From: Thermodesulfobacteriota bacterium
Lineage (GTDB): Bacteria > Desulfobacterota > Binatia > Bin18
Length of the DNA: 64,000 nt
NCBI GenBank assembly: GCA_964291405.2
Contig: OZ219926.1
Coordinates: 896,001-960,000, forward strand
Direction of reading: 5' to 3'
Both the position numbers and the translations under genes were made by a program. Below, one piece after another: positions 28,291-37,122 of the stretch. Below the pieces are notes generated by a model that made no database searches, had not been told where the DNA came from, and worked only from the letters and a program-made list of their open reading frames with translations. Each line of letters starts with the position of its first letter. Positions within the stretch are counted from its first letter, which is position 1.

Positions 28291-29595
28291 TTAATGTCCC
28301 GAGGGATCGTCGGTGGCCAGAGAGCGGAGCGTAATGCCGTCAAGGGCCTGCTCGACCGCCCGATTCCGCCGGTCAAGCAGAGCCGAGATGGCATCTCCGC
28401 CATCAATGGCAGCCGGCTCATCACCAGGCGCGCGCAGGATAGCCAGCACGCTCGCGACCGCAATCTGCTCGGGCGGACGGCCAGGGACTATACCCTCCGG
28501 CTCAACGGTCTGCAAGAGCACGCCTTTTGCCAGCAGCATATCAATCAGCGGCTCCAGCGCAGAGAACTGAACGCGCATATTTTTGGCAAGAGCGGCAACC
28601 GACCACGGCGCTTGTTCGGCGAGATAGCGCCGCGTGATTACAACCAGGGCGGTCAGCGCGAGGCGTTCCTGCGACAGCGGGGTTTTGCCATTCAGTTCGG
28701 CTCGGTAGGAACTCGGATATTGATGAAAACAGGCGACTTCGGCACCCACCAGAATAATCAGCCAACTGGCATACACCCAGATAAAAAAGAAAACCAGGAT
28801 GGCAAAGCCCGAATAGATGGCCGCATAGCGTGCGGAGCCGGCAATAAAGGCGGCAAAGCCGACCCCGGCCAACTGCCACAAAACAGCCGCGACCACCCCG
28901 CCCAGCAGTGCCGAGCCAAAGCGCACCGCAGTATTGGGAACAAAGACGTACAAAAACGTGAAGGCAATACAGAGAAAGGCGAACGGCATCAGTTGCGTCG
29001 CCACAATAATGAGCGGGCCGAGCAACTCGTTCGCAATCAGATACTGCACCACGGTGTGACTCTGGGCCGAGGCAATGACGGTCAATGCCGTAAAGACCAG
29101 AACCGGACCAACCAGGACCACGCTCAGATAGTCACTGCATTTCTTGCCCCAGGTACGAGAGTGACGGGCCTGCCAGATATGGTTGAACGAGTCTTCAATT
29201 TTGCTGATCAGCGAGACAACGGTGTAGAACAGGGCCGCCACTCCGACCGCGCCCAGCACACCGACGCGCAAATTGCTCACAAACTCCAAGACATGCCGGG
29301 TAATTTCAGCGCCCTGCTCACCCAGCGGCTCCAGGGCCTGGGCCAGTGACGGCTCAATGAGATTGTGTACTCCGAATGCCTTGAGCACGGCAAACATGAC
29401 CGCCAGGAGCGGCACCAGGGCCAAAAGAGTCACATAGGTCAGCCCCATGGCCCGCAGGCTGAGCGCATCGTCCTGAACTTTTTTGCGGACAACGGAAAAA
29501 AAGGCAGAGCCCTGTGGTAGCCACTGTGTGAGAGATATCCACAGGTGTTGGAGAGCGAAATTCTGTGCCTTTTTGACGCGACACTCCTGGTCCAT
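28291..29595 (-). CDS. YihY/BrkB family membrane protein with C-terminal winged-helix domain
   Basis: LTYVTLLALVP, IEDSFNHIW, VPNT, IYSGFA, ILVGAE motifs. Confidence 0.9.
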   Translation of the reverse strand: MDQECRVKKAQNFALQHLWISLTQWLPQGSAFFSVVRKKVQDDALSLRAMGLTYVTLLALVPLLAVMFAVLKAFGVHNLIEPSLAQALEPLGEQGAEITRHVLEFVSNLRVGVLGAVGVAALFYTVVSLISKIEDSFNHIWQARHSRTWGKKCSDYLSVVLVGPVLVFTALTVIASAQSHTVVQYLIANELLGPLIIVATQLMPFAFLCIAFTFLYVFVPNTAVRFGSALLGGVVAAVLWQLAGVGFAAFIAGSARYAAIYSGFAILVFFFIWVYASWLIILVGAEVACFHQYPSSYRAELNGKTPLSQERLALTALVVITRRYLAEQAPWSVAALAKNMRVQFSALEPLIDMLLAKGVLLQTVEPEGIVPGRPPEQIAVASVLAILRAPGDEPAAIDGGDAISALLDRRNRAVEQALDGITLRSLATDDPSGH

Positions 29596-29627
29596 GCAGC
29601 AGTCTATCCTAATGCGTTTTTCAGTAG

Positions 29628-29720
29628 ATGGCAGTACCGGTGACTGAACATCTCCTGTTTGGTTTTGTCAGTGTTATTGTCCTGGGGGCAGGGGCGCAGT
29701 GGTTGGGCTGGCATCATCTG
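29628..29720 (+). pseudogene. N-terminal remnant of a CPA1 Na+/H+ antiporter
   Basis: VTEHLLFGFVSVIVLGAGAQWLGW resembles the antiporter N-terminus (LGIxAQWLAW); it runs directly into the 3' end of the opposite-strand gene. Confidence 0.55.
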
Positions 29721-30883
29721 ACAGGGAGGGTCAGGGTCGGCCCCTGGGATTTGGTCTGTCCGGCTTGCAGGTCAAAGAGTTGGCGCAGCAGCATAAAGGT
29801 CGATTTGGATTCCAGGTCAGTGTCTTCAATATAAAACCAATGGCCTCGGTAGTAGGTCGCGATATACGCGTTATCAGGCCGTTCGACCTGGGTCCTGACT
29901 TTGAACCGACGGCCGGCGGGTGTATCCGTCCAATCGAATGCCTCACCGGTTTTCGACGTAGTGACGGTCACCAGTCCCTCTGACTGATGCTGCTCCGGGG
30001 TTTCCACAGTCTGGGAGAGGTAATACAGCAGGCCGGAGATGGAGCGGGTACGGACCGTCCACTGTGTCTTTTTTACCGCAAGGAAATCCGTACTCAGATC
30101 AAAGTCCTTAACCTTCCGGTCGAGCTGGAGCAGCGCATAGATGCGATCGATGTCAGCTTGGTATTCCGCATCATCCGCGACCAAGCGCACGAGAATACCG
30201 GGGGAGCCTTGCTGGTGCGTGGTGCCGATTTCGATGAGCCGGCTCCTTTGTAAACGGTGCAGCGATTCAAGCAGGCGGTTGAATTCTTCATAGTCCGGCT
30301 CCAACTGCGGGGTTGGCCCGGAGGCGTTGGGAGCGTTGTACAGGTTGTTGACCCTTTCAAGACACAGGCCGAAGACCCGGTCGATATTCCAGCCGGACTG
30401 GGTCAACACGAGAATAGCTTCGAGTTGGAGGGGGCTGAGGATGCTCTTTAACAGGTTTTCCCCCTGTAACGGAGTGTAGGAGATGGTCGGATTATCGGCA
30501 TAGCCAACCCCGACGCCGGGGCTCAGGGAGTCCCGGGTGCCGAAATTCAGCGCGGCATCTACCCCGGCACTGGCCTGTAGGGATAAACTCGTGGTGACGC
30601 TCCCGATTTCCAGAAAAAACGTGACATCCCGATAGCGCATCCGCACCAGATTCTGGAGCATCTGCTCATTGATGGAAGCGATAATGGCTTCGTTATAAGC
30701 GGGGTGCGTGCGTTCAATGGCCTGCGGCCCGAAGGTCGCCAGACAGCCGGACGCCAAGGCGGTCAGTGCCACGACCAAGAACAGGACAGGGAGCCGGTGT
30801 AGCGGAATCCTTGGAGATGACACGGGACGAAACGACCTCCATGGGAGCATTAGCAGCGAGTCACCATATACCAATCCCCTCAC
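29714..30883 (-). CDS. conserved hypothetical lipoprotein
   Basis: Lipobox LASGC; YNEAI...QMLQNLVRMRY, PTISYTPLQGE and YRGHWFYI.D.D..SK motifs. True start probably downstream of 30883. Confidence 0.8.
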   Translation of the reverse strand: MRGLVYGDSLLMLPWRSFRPVSSPRIPLHRLPVLFLVVALTALASGCLATFGPQAIERTHPAYNEAIIASINEQMLQNLVRMRYRDVTFFLEIGSVTTSLSLQASAGVDAALNFGTRDSLSPGVGVGYADNPTISYTPLQGENLLKSILSPLQLEAILVLTQSGWNIDRVFGLCLERVNNLYNAPNASGPTPQLEPDYEEFNRLLESLHRLQRSRLIEIGTTHQQGSPGILVRLVADDAEYQADIDRIYALLQLDRKVKDFDLSTDFLAVKKTQWTVRTRSISGLLYYLSQTVETPEQHQSEGLVTVTTSKTGEAFDWTDTPAGRRFKVRTQVERPDNAYIATYYRGHWFYIEDTDLESKSTFMLLRQLFDLQAGQTKSQGPTLTLPVR

Positions 30884-31024
30884 GGGACCAATCGGCCTCC
30901 CTCCCGCTGGCGCTGGTACACTGCGAAGCCAACTGGTACAGTTCGACCCGCCAAGGGCTGCACTGTGAACTTCAAAGTGGGGTCATTGCCCGAGTACCCC
31001 ATTTTTCACCCGAGGAGGAGGCCG

Positions 31025-31963
31025 ATGAAGATTCTGGTTGCTTATGACGGTTCGAGTTGCGCCGACGCCGCCTTAAACGACCTCCGCCGAGCAGGACTCC
31101 CGGCCGAGGTGCAGGCGAGAATTCTCTCGGTCGCCGATGTCTGGGTCGCCCCAAGGCCAGACGAAGAAGTGCGTCTCCAGCCAGCCATGACAGTACGAGA
31201 AGAGCGGATTATTGCGGCTCGGAATCAGGCTTACGAAAAGGCCATGCACGCGGTTGAGGAGGCTCGGGCGCTTGCAGGCCGGGCTTGCAGACGGGTGCAA
31301 GCGTCCTCTCCGAGCTGGGAAGTTTCCGCCGAAGCCAGTGCCGATTCCCCGGCCTGGGCAGTGCTCAAAGAGGCGAATGACTGGAAGCCGGACCTGATTG
31401 TTCTTGGGTCGCACGGTCGTTCTCCTCTCAACCGTCTCATGCTGGGCAGTGTCTCTCAGAAAGTCGTTACGGAAGCACGGTGTTCCGTACGAGTGTCACG
31501 CGGTCACAATAAGCAAGCCGACGCTCCTCTACGCCTTGTTCTTGGCGTCGATGGCTCCCCTGGGGCGGACGCCGCAGTGCGGACACTGACCCAACGGTCC
31601 TGGCCTGCGGACACGAGGGTCTATGTCGTTGCGGTCATGAACCCTGTTTTGGCCGCAGCCATACTCTGGCGCGAAACGGATGAACAAACACAAGACGCCC
31701 CAGAACGGGTCCAAGCCTTGGTTGAAGCGGTGGTCGAGCAGTTACGGGGTGCCGGGCTCGCCGCCTCTCCCCATATCCTCAGCGGCAACCCGAAGCAGGT
31801 TCTTGTAGAAGCAACTGAGCGTTGGGATGCAGACTGCATTTTTGTCGGGGCACGGGGGCTACGCGGAATCGGGAGACTCTTTCTCGGCAGCGTGTCAGCC
31901 ACGGTCTCCTCGCGGTCACACTGTTCGGTTGAGGTAGTACGTACAGACAGCGAAAATGAGTAA
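31025..31963 (+). CDS. tandem universal stress protein
   Basis: KILVAYDGS and LVLGVDGS; two G(S/A)xG...LGSVS motifs; GAGGAGG RBS. Confidence 0.93.
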   Translation: MKILVAYDGSSCADAALNDLRRAGLPAEVQARILSVADVWVAPRPDEEVRLQPAMTVREERIIAARNQAYEKAMHAVEEARALAGRACRRVQASSPSWEVSAEASADSPAWAVLKEANDWKPDLIVLGSHGRSPLNRLMLGSVSQKVVTEARCSVRVSRGHNKQADAPLRLVLGVDGSPGADAAVRTLTQRSWPADTRVYVVAVMNPVLAAAILWRETDEQTQDAPERVQALVEAVVEQLRGAGLAASPHILSGNPKQVLVEATERWDADCIFVGARGLRGIGRLFLGSVSATVSSRSHCSVEVVRTDSENE

Positions 31964-32010
31964 TCTGCTACTCTCGTGGGAGAAGCATCCATTTCTGCTA
32001 CACTGCGCGT

Positions 32011-33660
32011 ATGCCTGAAGTTGCATATCTCAAAGACCTGGTCATTGTGTTTGGGGTGGCGGTGGCGGTCGTCACCCTCCTGAAGCGCGCTCACTTTCCC
32101 TCGATTGCCGGGTTCATTCTGACCGGGGCGCTCGTCGGGCCGACCGGCCTCGGGCTCATCAACGACGCCCATCATGTCGAGGTCCTGGCCGAGGTGGGCG
32201 TCGTACTCCTGCTCTTCGGGATCGGGCTGGAACTCTCCCTCGACCGTCTCCAGCGTCTGTGGAAAGTCATCCTGCTGGGCGGGGGTCTGCAGATCGCCCT
32301 CACGGTTGCGTGCACGGCAGTGTTAGCCATGTGGTTCGGACTGTCGCCCGGCCCCGCGCTCTTCCTGGGTTGTGTCGTCGCGGTCTCCAGCACGGCCATC
32401 GTCCTGCGGGCGCTTTCCACGAGCGGCGAACTCGAAGCGCCGCACGGCCGCCTGGCGGTCGGCATTCTCGTCTTCCAGGACCTGTGTGTGGTGCCGATGA
32501 TGTTGGCCGTGCCCTACATGGCTGGAGAAGGAGGCGCCATCGGGGACATTGGCGTGACGGTCGGCACGGCCCTCATGGTCCTCGTGGGGGTGTTGCTCGC
32601 CGCGCGCCGTGTCGTCCCGCGCTTGCTCGCGTTCGTGGCCCGGACCCGCGAGCGCGAACTCTTCATTCTGAGCGTCTTTCTCGTGTGCTTCGGCACGGCC
32701 TGGGCGTTATCGGTGGCGGGCATCTCGCTGGCCCTCGGGGCGTTTCTGGCCGGCCTGGTTGTCGCGGGCAGCGAGTTCCGGCACCAAGCGATGTCAGAGG
32801 TGATCCCGGCCCGCGAGGTCCTGGCCAGCCTGTTCTTCGTGTCGGTCGGCATGCTGCTGAATGTGGCGGACATCGGGGCGCACCTGATAGCGACCGTCGG
32901 GCTCCTGTGCGTCATCCTGGTCGGCAAGTTCGCGATTATTCTCGGCACCGCGCTGCTCCTCCGCCTGCCCTTGCGGGTGGGTATCCTATCCGCCGCCACC
33001 CTGTGCCAGATCGGAGAATTCTCCTTCGTGCTCTTGAACGCCGCGTCTGGAACCGACCTCCTCCCCGCCCCGCTTGCCCACAATCTGCTGATGGCCATTG
33101 TTCTCTCCATGCTGCTGACACCGATGGCCATTGCATTTGGCCCACGCCTCGTCGGCGGGGCGGCGTATGTGCCCTGGCTGAACCAACTCTTGGGGGCAGA
33201 GCCGCCCGGCATCGATCTGCCCGAGCCGCCCAGCGGCCATGTCATCGTGGCCGGCTATGGCCTGACGGGTCAACGCGTCTGTCGGGCTGTGCGGGGGATG
33301 GGGTTGACCTATGTCGCGGTTGACCGGAACCCGGACAAGGTCCGCGCGGCCCACGCCGCCGGCGACCGGGCCGTCCTTGGAGACGTTGCGCAACAGGAGG
33401 TGCTGGAGGAGTTGGGCTGCCGGCAGGCCCGTCTGGTGGTCGTGAATATCAACGACACGCAGGCCGCCGAATCCGCCGTCCGTACGGTGCGGGCGACCGC
33501 CCCGCACGTCGCGGTGATCGCCCGAGCCCCGTACGAGATGGACAAGGACATGCTGCAATCCGCCGGGGCGGCCGAGGTCATTACGGCCGAAGCCACGGCG
33601 AGCGAGGCGATCGTGACAACCTGTCTGGCGGCTCTGCGCACGACGCAGCCACCGGCCTAA
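32011..33660 (+). CDS. CPA2 cation:proton antiporter with TrkA-N domain (KefC-like)
   Basis: LAEVGVVLLLFGIGLE, SSTAIV, FQDL, QIGEFSFV; C-terminal VIVAGYG Rossmann motif. Confidence 0.93.
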   Translation: MPEVAYLKDLVIVFGVAVAVVTLLKRAHFPSIAGFILTGALVGPTGLGLINDAHHVEVLAEVGVVLLLFGIGLELSLDRLQRLWKVILLGGGLQIALTVACTAVLAMWFGLSPGPALFLGCVVAVSSTAIVLRALSTSGELEAPHGRLAVGILVFQDLCVVPMMLAVPYMAGEGGAIGDIGVTVGTALMVLVGVLLAARRVVPRLLAFVARTRERELFILSVFLVCFGTAWALSVAGISLALGAFLAGLVVAGSEFRHQAMSEVIPAREVLASLFFVSVGMLLNVADIGAHLIATVGLLCVILVGKFAIILGTALLLRLPLRVGILSAATLCQIGEFSFVLLNAASGTDLLPAPLAHNLLMAIVLSMLLTPMAIAFGPRLVGGAAYVPWLNQLLGAEPPGIDLPEPPSGHVIVAGYGLTGQRVCRAVRGMGLTYVAVDRNPDKVRAAHAAGDRAVLGDVAQQEVLEELGCRQARLVVVNINDTQAAESAVRTVRATAPHVAVIARAPYEMDKDMLQSAGAAEVITAEATASEAIVTTCLAALRTTQPPA

Positions 33661-33799
33661 GCATACCAGACACACCCGCCCGTATCCGAGCCAGAGATGG
33701 CCCAGCCACACGGTGAGCCGTGCATAGCTCATGTGATCGTCGCGCAGCCGAGACGGCACACCTTGATCTTAAGGTCACCGGCGTCTGGATTGGTGTGAA

Positions 33800-33859
33800 C
33801 ACCCCTTGCGGTTTCGACCGCAGGGTGCGGGGCCTCTTCGGAGGCCCTTGCTTTTTCTT
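33800..33859 (+). terminator. two TTCG-capped hairpins followed by a T tract
   Basis: TGCGGT-TTCG-ACCGCA, then GGGCCTC-TTCG-GAGGCCC-TTGCTTTTTCTT. Confidence 0.7.
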
Positions 33860-33884
33860 GGGCGGGCGAGGGCAATACGTTTAC

Positions 33885-34281
33885 CTAGAGCGTTTCATGA
33901 TAGATTGTAGTCGTGCCAGTCCGCTCTCGTCGGGAAGGACAGTGGCCTGCACCAAGCAGCCTGGGAGAGCGGCCATCCTGGCCGCCTGCGGGCTGGAAGC
34001 CCGCACTCCTCAAGGAGAAGAGAGACGCGCTCCACCGCAGCGTTCTTTGCTCCAGAGCAAAATCACGATGCTGTGTAGCCGCCCGTCATTCTTGTGCAAG
34101 CATCTAGGTTCTCCGCCGCCGGATAGGCCCTTCGACTTCGCTCCACTACGCTCAGGGCGAACGTGAGGCCGTTTGTGCTGAGCGTAGCCCGGAAGGGCGG
34201 AGTCGAAGCAGGGATACCGGATCACGTCCGGCATGACGAGAACGTCATGGCATGACTACAGCCTATCGTGAAACGATCGAG
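33885..34281. mobile_element. two MITE-like copies (3 and 4) joined tail to tail
   Basis: Copy 3 (33885-34055) starts CTAGAGCGTTTCATGAT; copy 4 (34052-34281, reversed) ends ATCGTGAAACGATCGAG and contains a nested CTTCGACTTCGC palindrome. Confidence 0.75.
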
Positions 34282-34368
34282 CGTTCTTCTGCCACCGCCG
34301 CAATGGCGCGTCCCACTTGTGTTCCGCAGAGTTTTCGCCTACCCGAGTGAGACAAGAAGGAGGAAGCT

Positions 34369-35016
34369 ATGGAAGAGCACATCACCTTTCCGGTTGGCGA
34401 GGGCGAGAATGCCATCACCCTAGAAGGGCTCCTTTCGACCTCACACCAGGCTCCCGCGCTTGGGGCGGTGCTGTGTCATCCCCATCCGCTCTATGGGGGC
34501 GAAATGCATAACAACGTGGTGTCAGCGTTAGCCCACGCCTTCCAAAAGGAGGATATCGCCACGCTGCGATTCAACTTCCGTGGGGTTGGACGCAGTGAAG
34601 GCGCCCACGCCGAAGGCGTGGCCGAGTGCGAGGATGTGAAAGCGGCGGTCACCGCTCTCCTGGACCGGCAGTCCGTCTCGACCGTCGTGGTTGCCGGCTA
34701 CTCGTTTGGCTCAATGGTGGGGCTGCAAGCCGGAGCGCAAGACGACCGCGTCCACCGCCTGATTGGCGTGGCTTTCCCGCTTGGATTCCGTGACCCGGCC
34801 TTTCTTGTCAGCGTGACCAAACCGATCCTGCTCATCAGCGGCGACCGGGACACCTACTCCCCCATCCCCGCCCTGACCGAGCTGGTTGCAAAAATGTCCG
34901 CCCCAAAGCAGCTCGAAACCATTAGCGGCGCGGACCATTTCTTTATGGCCAGAGAGGGCGAAGTCGCCCAAGCCGCGGTCTCGTTTCTCCGGCAGACCGG
35001 GGAACCGGTCGGATGA
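34369..35016 (+). CDS. alpha/beta hydrolase
   Basis: CHPHPLYGG.M.N.VV, RFNFRGVG.S.G, GYSFG, G..D and ADHFF. Confidence 0.93.
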   Translation: MEEHITFPVGEGENAITLEGLLSTSHQAPALGAVLCHPHPLYGGEMHNNVVSALAHAFQKEDIATLRFNFRGVGRSEGAHAEGVAECEDVKAAVTALLDRQSVSTVVVAGYSFGSMVGLQAGAQDDRVHRLIGVAFPLGFRDPAFLVSVTKPILLISGDRDTYSPIPALTELVAKMSAPKQLETISGADHFFMAREGEVAQAAVSFLRQTGEPVG

Positions 35017-35139
35017 CGCTCCGCCAATCCGATCTACGTGTCTGATTTTTCAGGCGAGATCTCCTCGCCTGCATCACCCTGGGCAAGGCGCATCCGTACC
35101 TGGGTTGCCCTGCCGCCTTGCTCCTCAACAACCTCGGCA

Positions 35140-35263
35140 ATAGCGTTTCGGAGCCGGCTTGGGTGGCATCGGGAAAGGCGGTGGCGACCATGCCGTTTTC
35201 GGCCGCCGCCGCTTTTTGGTCTGCGGTCGGGGCGAAACGGCCCTCAGAGGTTGAGATCTTCAC
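35140..35263 (-). pseudogene. N-terminal remnant of gamma-glutamyltransferase
   Basis: AAAENGMVATAFPDATQAGSETL matches the GGT N-terminal motif GMVA....A...G...L; truncated. Confidence 0.6.
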
Positions 35264-35550
35264 GTCTGGAAGCCCTCTGCGGCAAGGCGAATGGTCATCG
35301 CCAAGACGGCGGCCCGGTCGATTAAGCTGTCGCGCAGAATATACCCGTTGGGGGTCTGCGTCGCACCGCCAATCGGGCCAAAGCCGTCCAAGGCCGGAAT
35401 CCGGTCCGGGACGTGACAAATATCAGACGAAGTATCCCGGTGCAGACGACGACGCAGCGCCCGCAGAGCGGCCAGCATGACCGCCAGGCCGTCCTTACTC
35501 TCGGCAACGCCCGAGCCATAGAACCGGCCGCGCTCCTCACGAAAGGAATG
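35260..35550 (-). pseudogene. M20 family peptidase with a large internal deletion
   Basis: REERGRFYGSGVAESKDGLAVMLAALRAL (N-terminal motif) is fused in frame to TSSDI..V...IPALDGFGPIGG...TPN.YI..DSL.DRA (C-terminal motif). Confidence 0.65.
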
Positions 35551-35612
35551 GCAGTGTCGTCTTTCCCGTCCCTGCTTCGCGAGGCAGCGAGCAAACCACC
35601 ATCCGGCCTGTC

Positions 35613-35897
35613 TCAGCTGTCGGCCGGAACCAGGCCCACGGTCAGCCGTGTGCCGGTTGCTTCGGCGTAGCGGCGGAGGGTCGCAAAGGACGGCGACACC
35701 CGGCCACCTTCCAGCCGCGCGACAGCGGACTGGGTCGTGCCGAGCCGTCGGGCAAGCTCCGCCTGCGTCAATTTCGCTGCCGTGCGGGCGCGGACCAGCG
35801 CCTCGATGAGCGCATACTCCTCGTCGATGCGCGCATATTCCTCCCGGAACTCGGCATCCTCCATGAGGCGCGCCTTCAGATCCTTCAGCTTTGTCAT
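35613..35897 (-). CDS. XRE-family HTH antitoxin (HigA-like)
   Basis: MTKLKDLK...LTQAELARRLGTTQSAVARLEGG...PSFATLRRYAEA. Confidence 0.9.
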   Translation of the reverse strand: MTKLKDLKARLMEDAEFREEYARIDEEYALIEALVRARTAAKLTQAELARRLGTTQSAVARLEGGRVSPSFATLRRYAEATGTRLTVGLVPADS

Positions 35898-36064
35898 GTC
35901 ATCACCTGCCTCATCCGTTCCCTGGCGGTCGCGAGCGCACGGCGCGGTGTCTGGCGCGACTTCTTCTCGAAGACGTGCAACACCACCACCCGCCGGCCCG
36001 CCGCCGTCACGTAGATCCCCCGGGCGATACCGCCTTCTGCCCGTACCCGAAGTTCCCAGAGCTT
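35894..36064 (-). pseudogene. truncated RelE/HigB (Gp49-like) toxin
   Basis: KLWELRVRAEGGIARGIYVTAAGRRVVVLHVFEKKSRQTPRRALATARERMRQVMT*; in-frame TGA immediately upstream and no start codon. Confidence 0.8.
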
Positions 36065-36074
36065 TCATTATTCT

Positions 36075-37112
36075 TCAATAATACGTTTTTCTCACCGCCT
36101 CAAACGGCTGCTCCGCGTCCTCGGCCAGGGCGGTGATGGCGTCCAGCGTCCGCCGCAGGTCGTGATCGTGCTGCTCGTACACCCGCTCGAAGACGCGCAA
36201 ATCTTTGAGATAGGTCAAATAATGCAGGATGACCGCGTTATTGAGCTGTACGGAGGCAAAGTCCGAGGTTTGCGCAACACTCCCGGGCAGTTGGCGGAAT
36301 TCTTCCTGGAGCTGAGTGAATGCGTCTTTTCGCCGCGTCAACTTCTCCGCTTCACTGAACGGAGAGGTGTATAACTTCGTCAGCCGCTGACGGGACTGTT
36401 CGAGAAAATGTGAAACGGCCAACTCCTTTTCCCATGTGGCTCGCAGGTGTCGGGTCAGGGTGTGGGTCTCCCCGTGCGCTTTGACAAAAAAGGCGATAGC
36501 GCCACGATACCCGGCAAAATTGGCGAGCGATTCGTTAAAGGCCGTCTGTCCGGACAGGTAAAACGTATTATGAAACAGCTCGTGCAGCACAATATTGGCC
36601 AGGGTGACCCCATCATATCCCAACAGTTGAGGCAGGAGGGGGTCGGCAAACCAGCCCAGGGTGCTAAAGGCTGCCGCGGTCCGAATATAGGTGTCAAACC
36701 CCTGGGTCTCTAAATGTCGAGCCTCTGCGTCGGCTTGCGCGCTGTCAAAATACCCCTTGTAGGAGACCCGGCCGACAATGGGAAACCACCAGGTATAGGC
36801 TTCCAAACGCGTCCGGTGTGCTGCGGTGACCACGTAAATGGTCGGCGGCGAGGGGAGTTCGGACACGCTGCCATAACTCCCCCCAACCCGAAAGCCGAGG
36901 TCCTGCTCGGCAAAGGTCCGCACACGCAAGACAAGCCGGAGTTTTTCCTGGGTGGACAGGTCGAGCCGACCGGGCTGCCGCAAGATATCGGCAATCGGTC
37001 TGCGGTACCACAGAATCTTTGCCTCTTCATAGCCGGCCCGCAGAATGTACAACGGGGTACAGGCCGGCAGCACGCACAGGCAAGTCAATAGAACCCAAGG
37101 CCGCACGCGCAT
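36075..37112 (-). CDS. putative zinc aminopeptidase lipoprotein (DUF2265-like)
   Basis: Lipobox LPAC, WWFPIVG.V.YKGYF, AFSTLGWFADP, HELFH...FNESLANF. Confidence 0.88.
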   Translation of the reverse strand: MRVRPWVLLTCLCVLPACTPLYILRAGYEEAKILWYRRPIADILRQPGRLDLSTQEKLRLVLRVRTFAEQDLGFRVGGSYGSVSELPSPPTIYVVTAAHRTRLEAYTWWFPIVGRVSYKGYFDSAQADAEARHLETQGFDTYIRTAAAFSTLGWFADPLLPQLLGYDGVTLANIVLHELFHNTFYLSGQTAFNESLANFAGYRGAIAFFVKAHGETHTLTRHLRATWEKELAVSHFLEQSRQRLTKLYTSPFSEAEKLTRRKDAFTQLQEEFRQLPGSVAQTSDFASVQLNNAVILHYLTYLKDLRVFERVYEQHDHDLRRTLDAITALAEDAEQPFEAVRKTYY

Positions 37113-37122
37113 AGCCGCCTCG

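Noticed and set aside
35898-36068. 151-aa version of the HTH protein
   Set aside because: The extension is an alternative frame of the truncated toxin; the antitoxin starts at ATG 35897.
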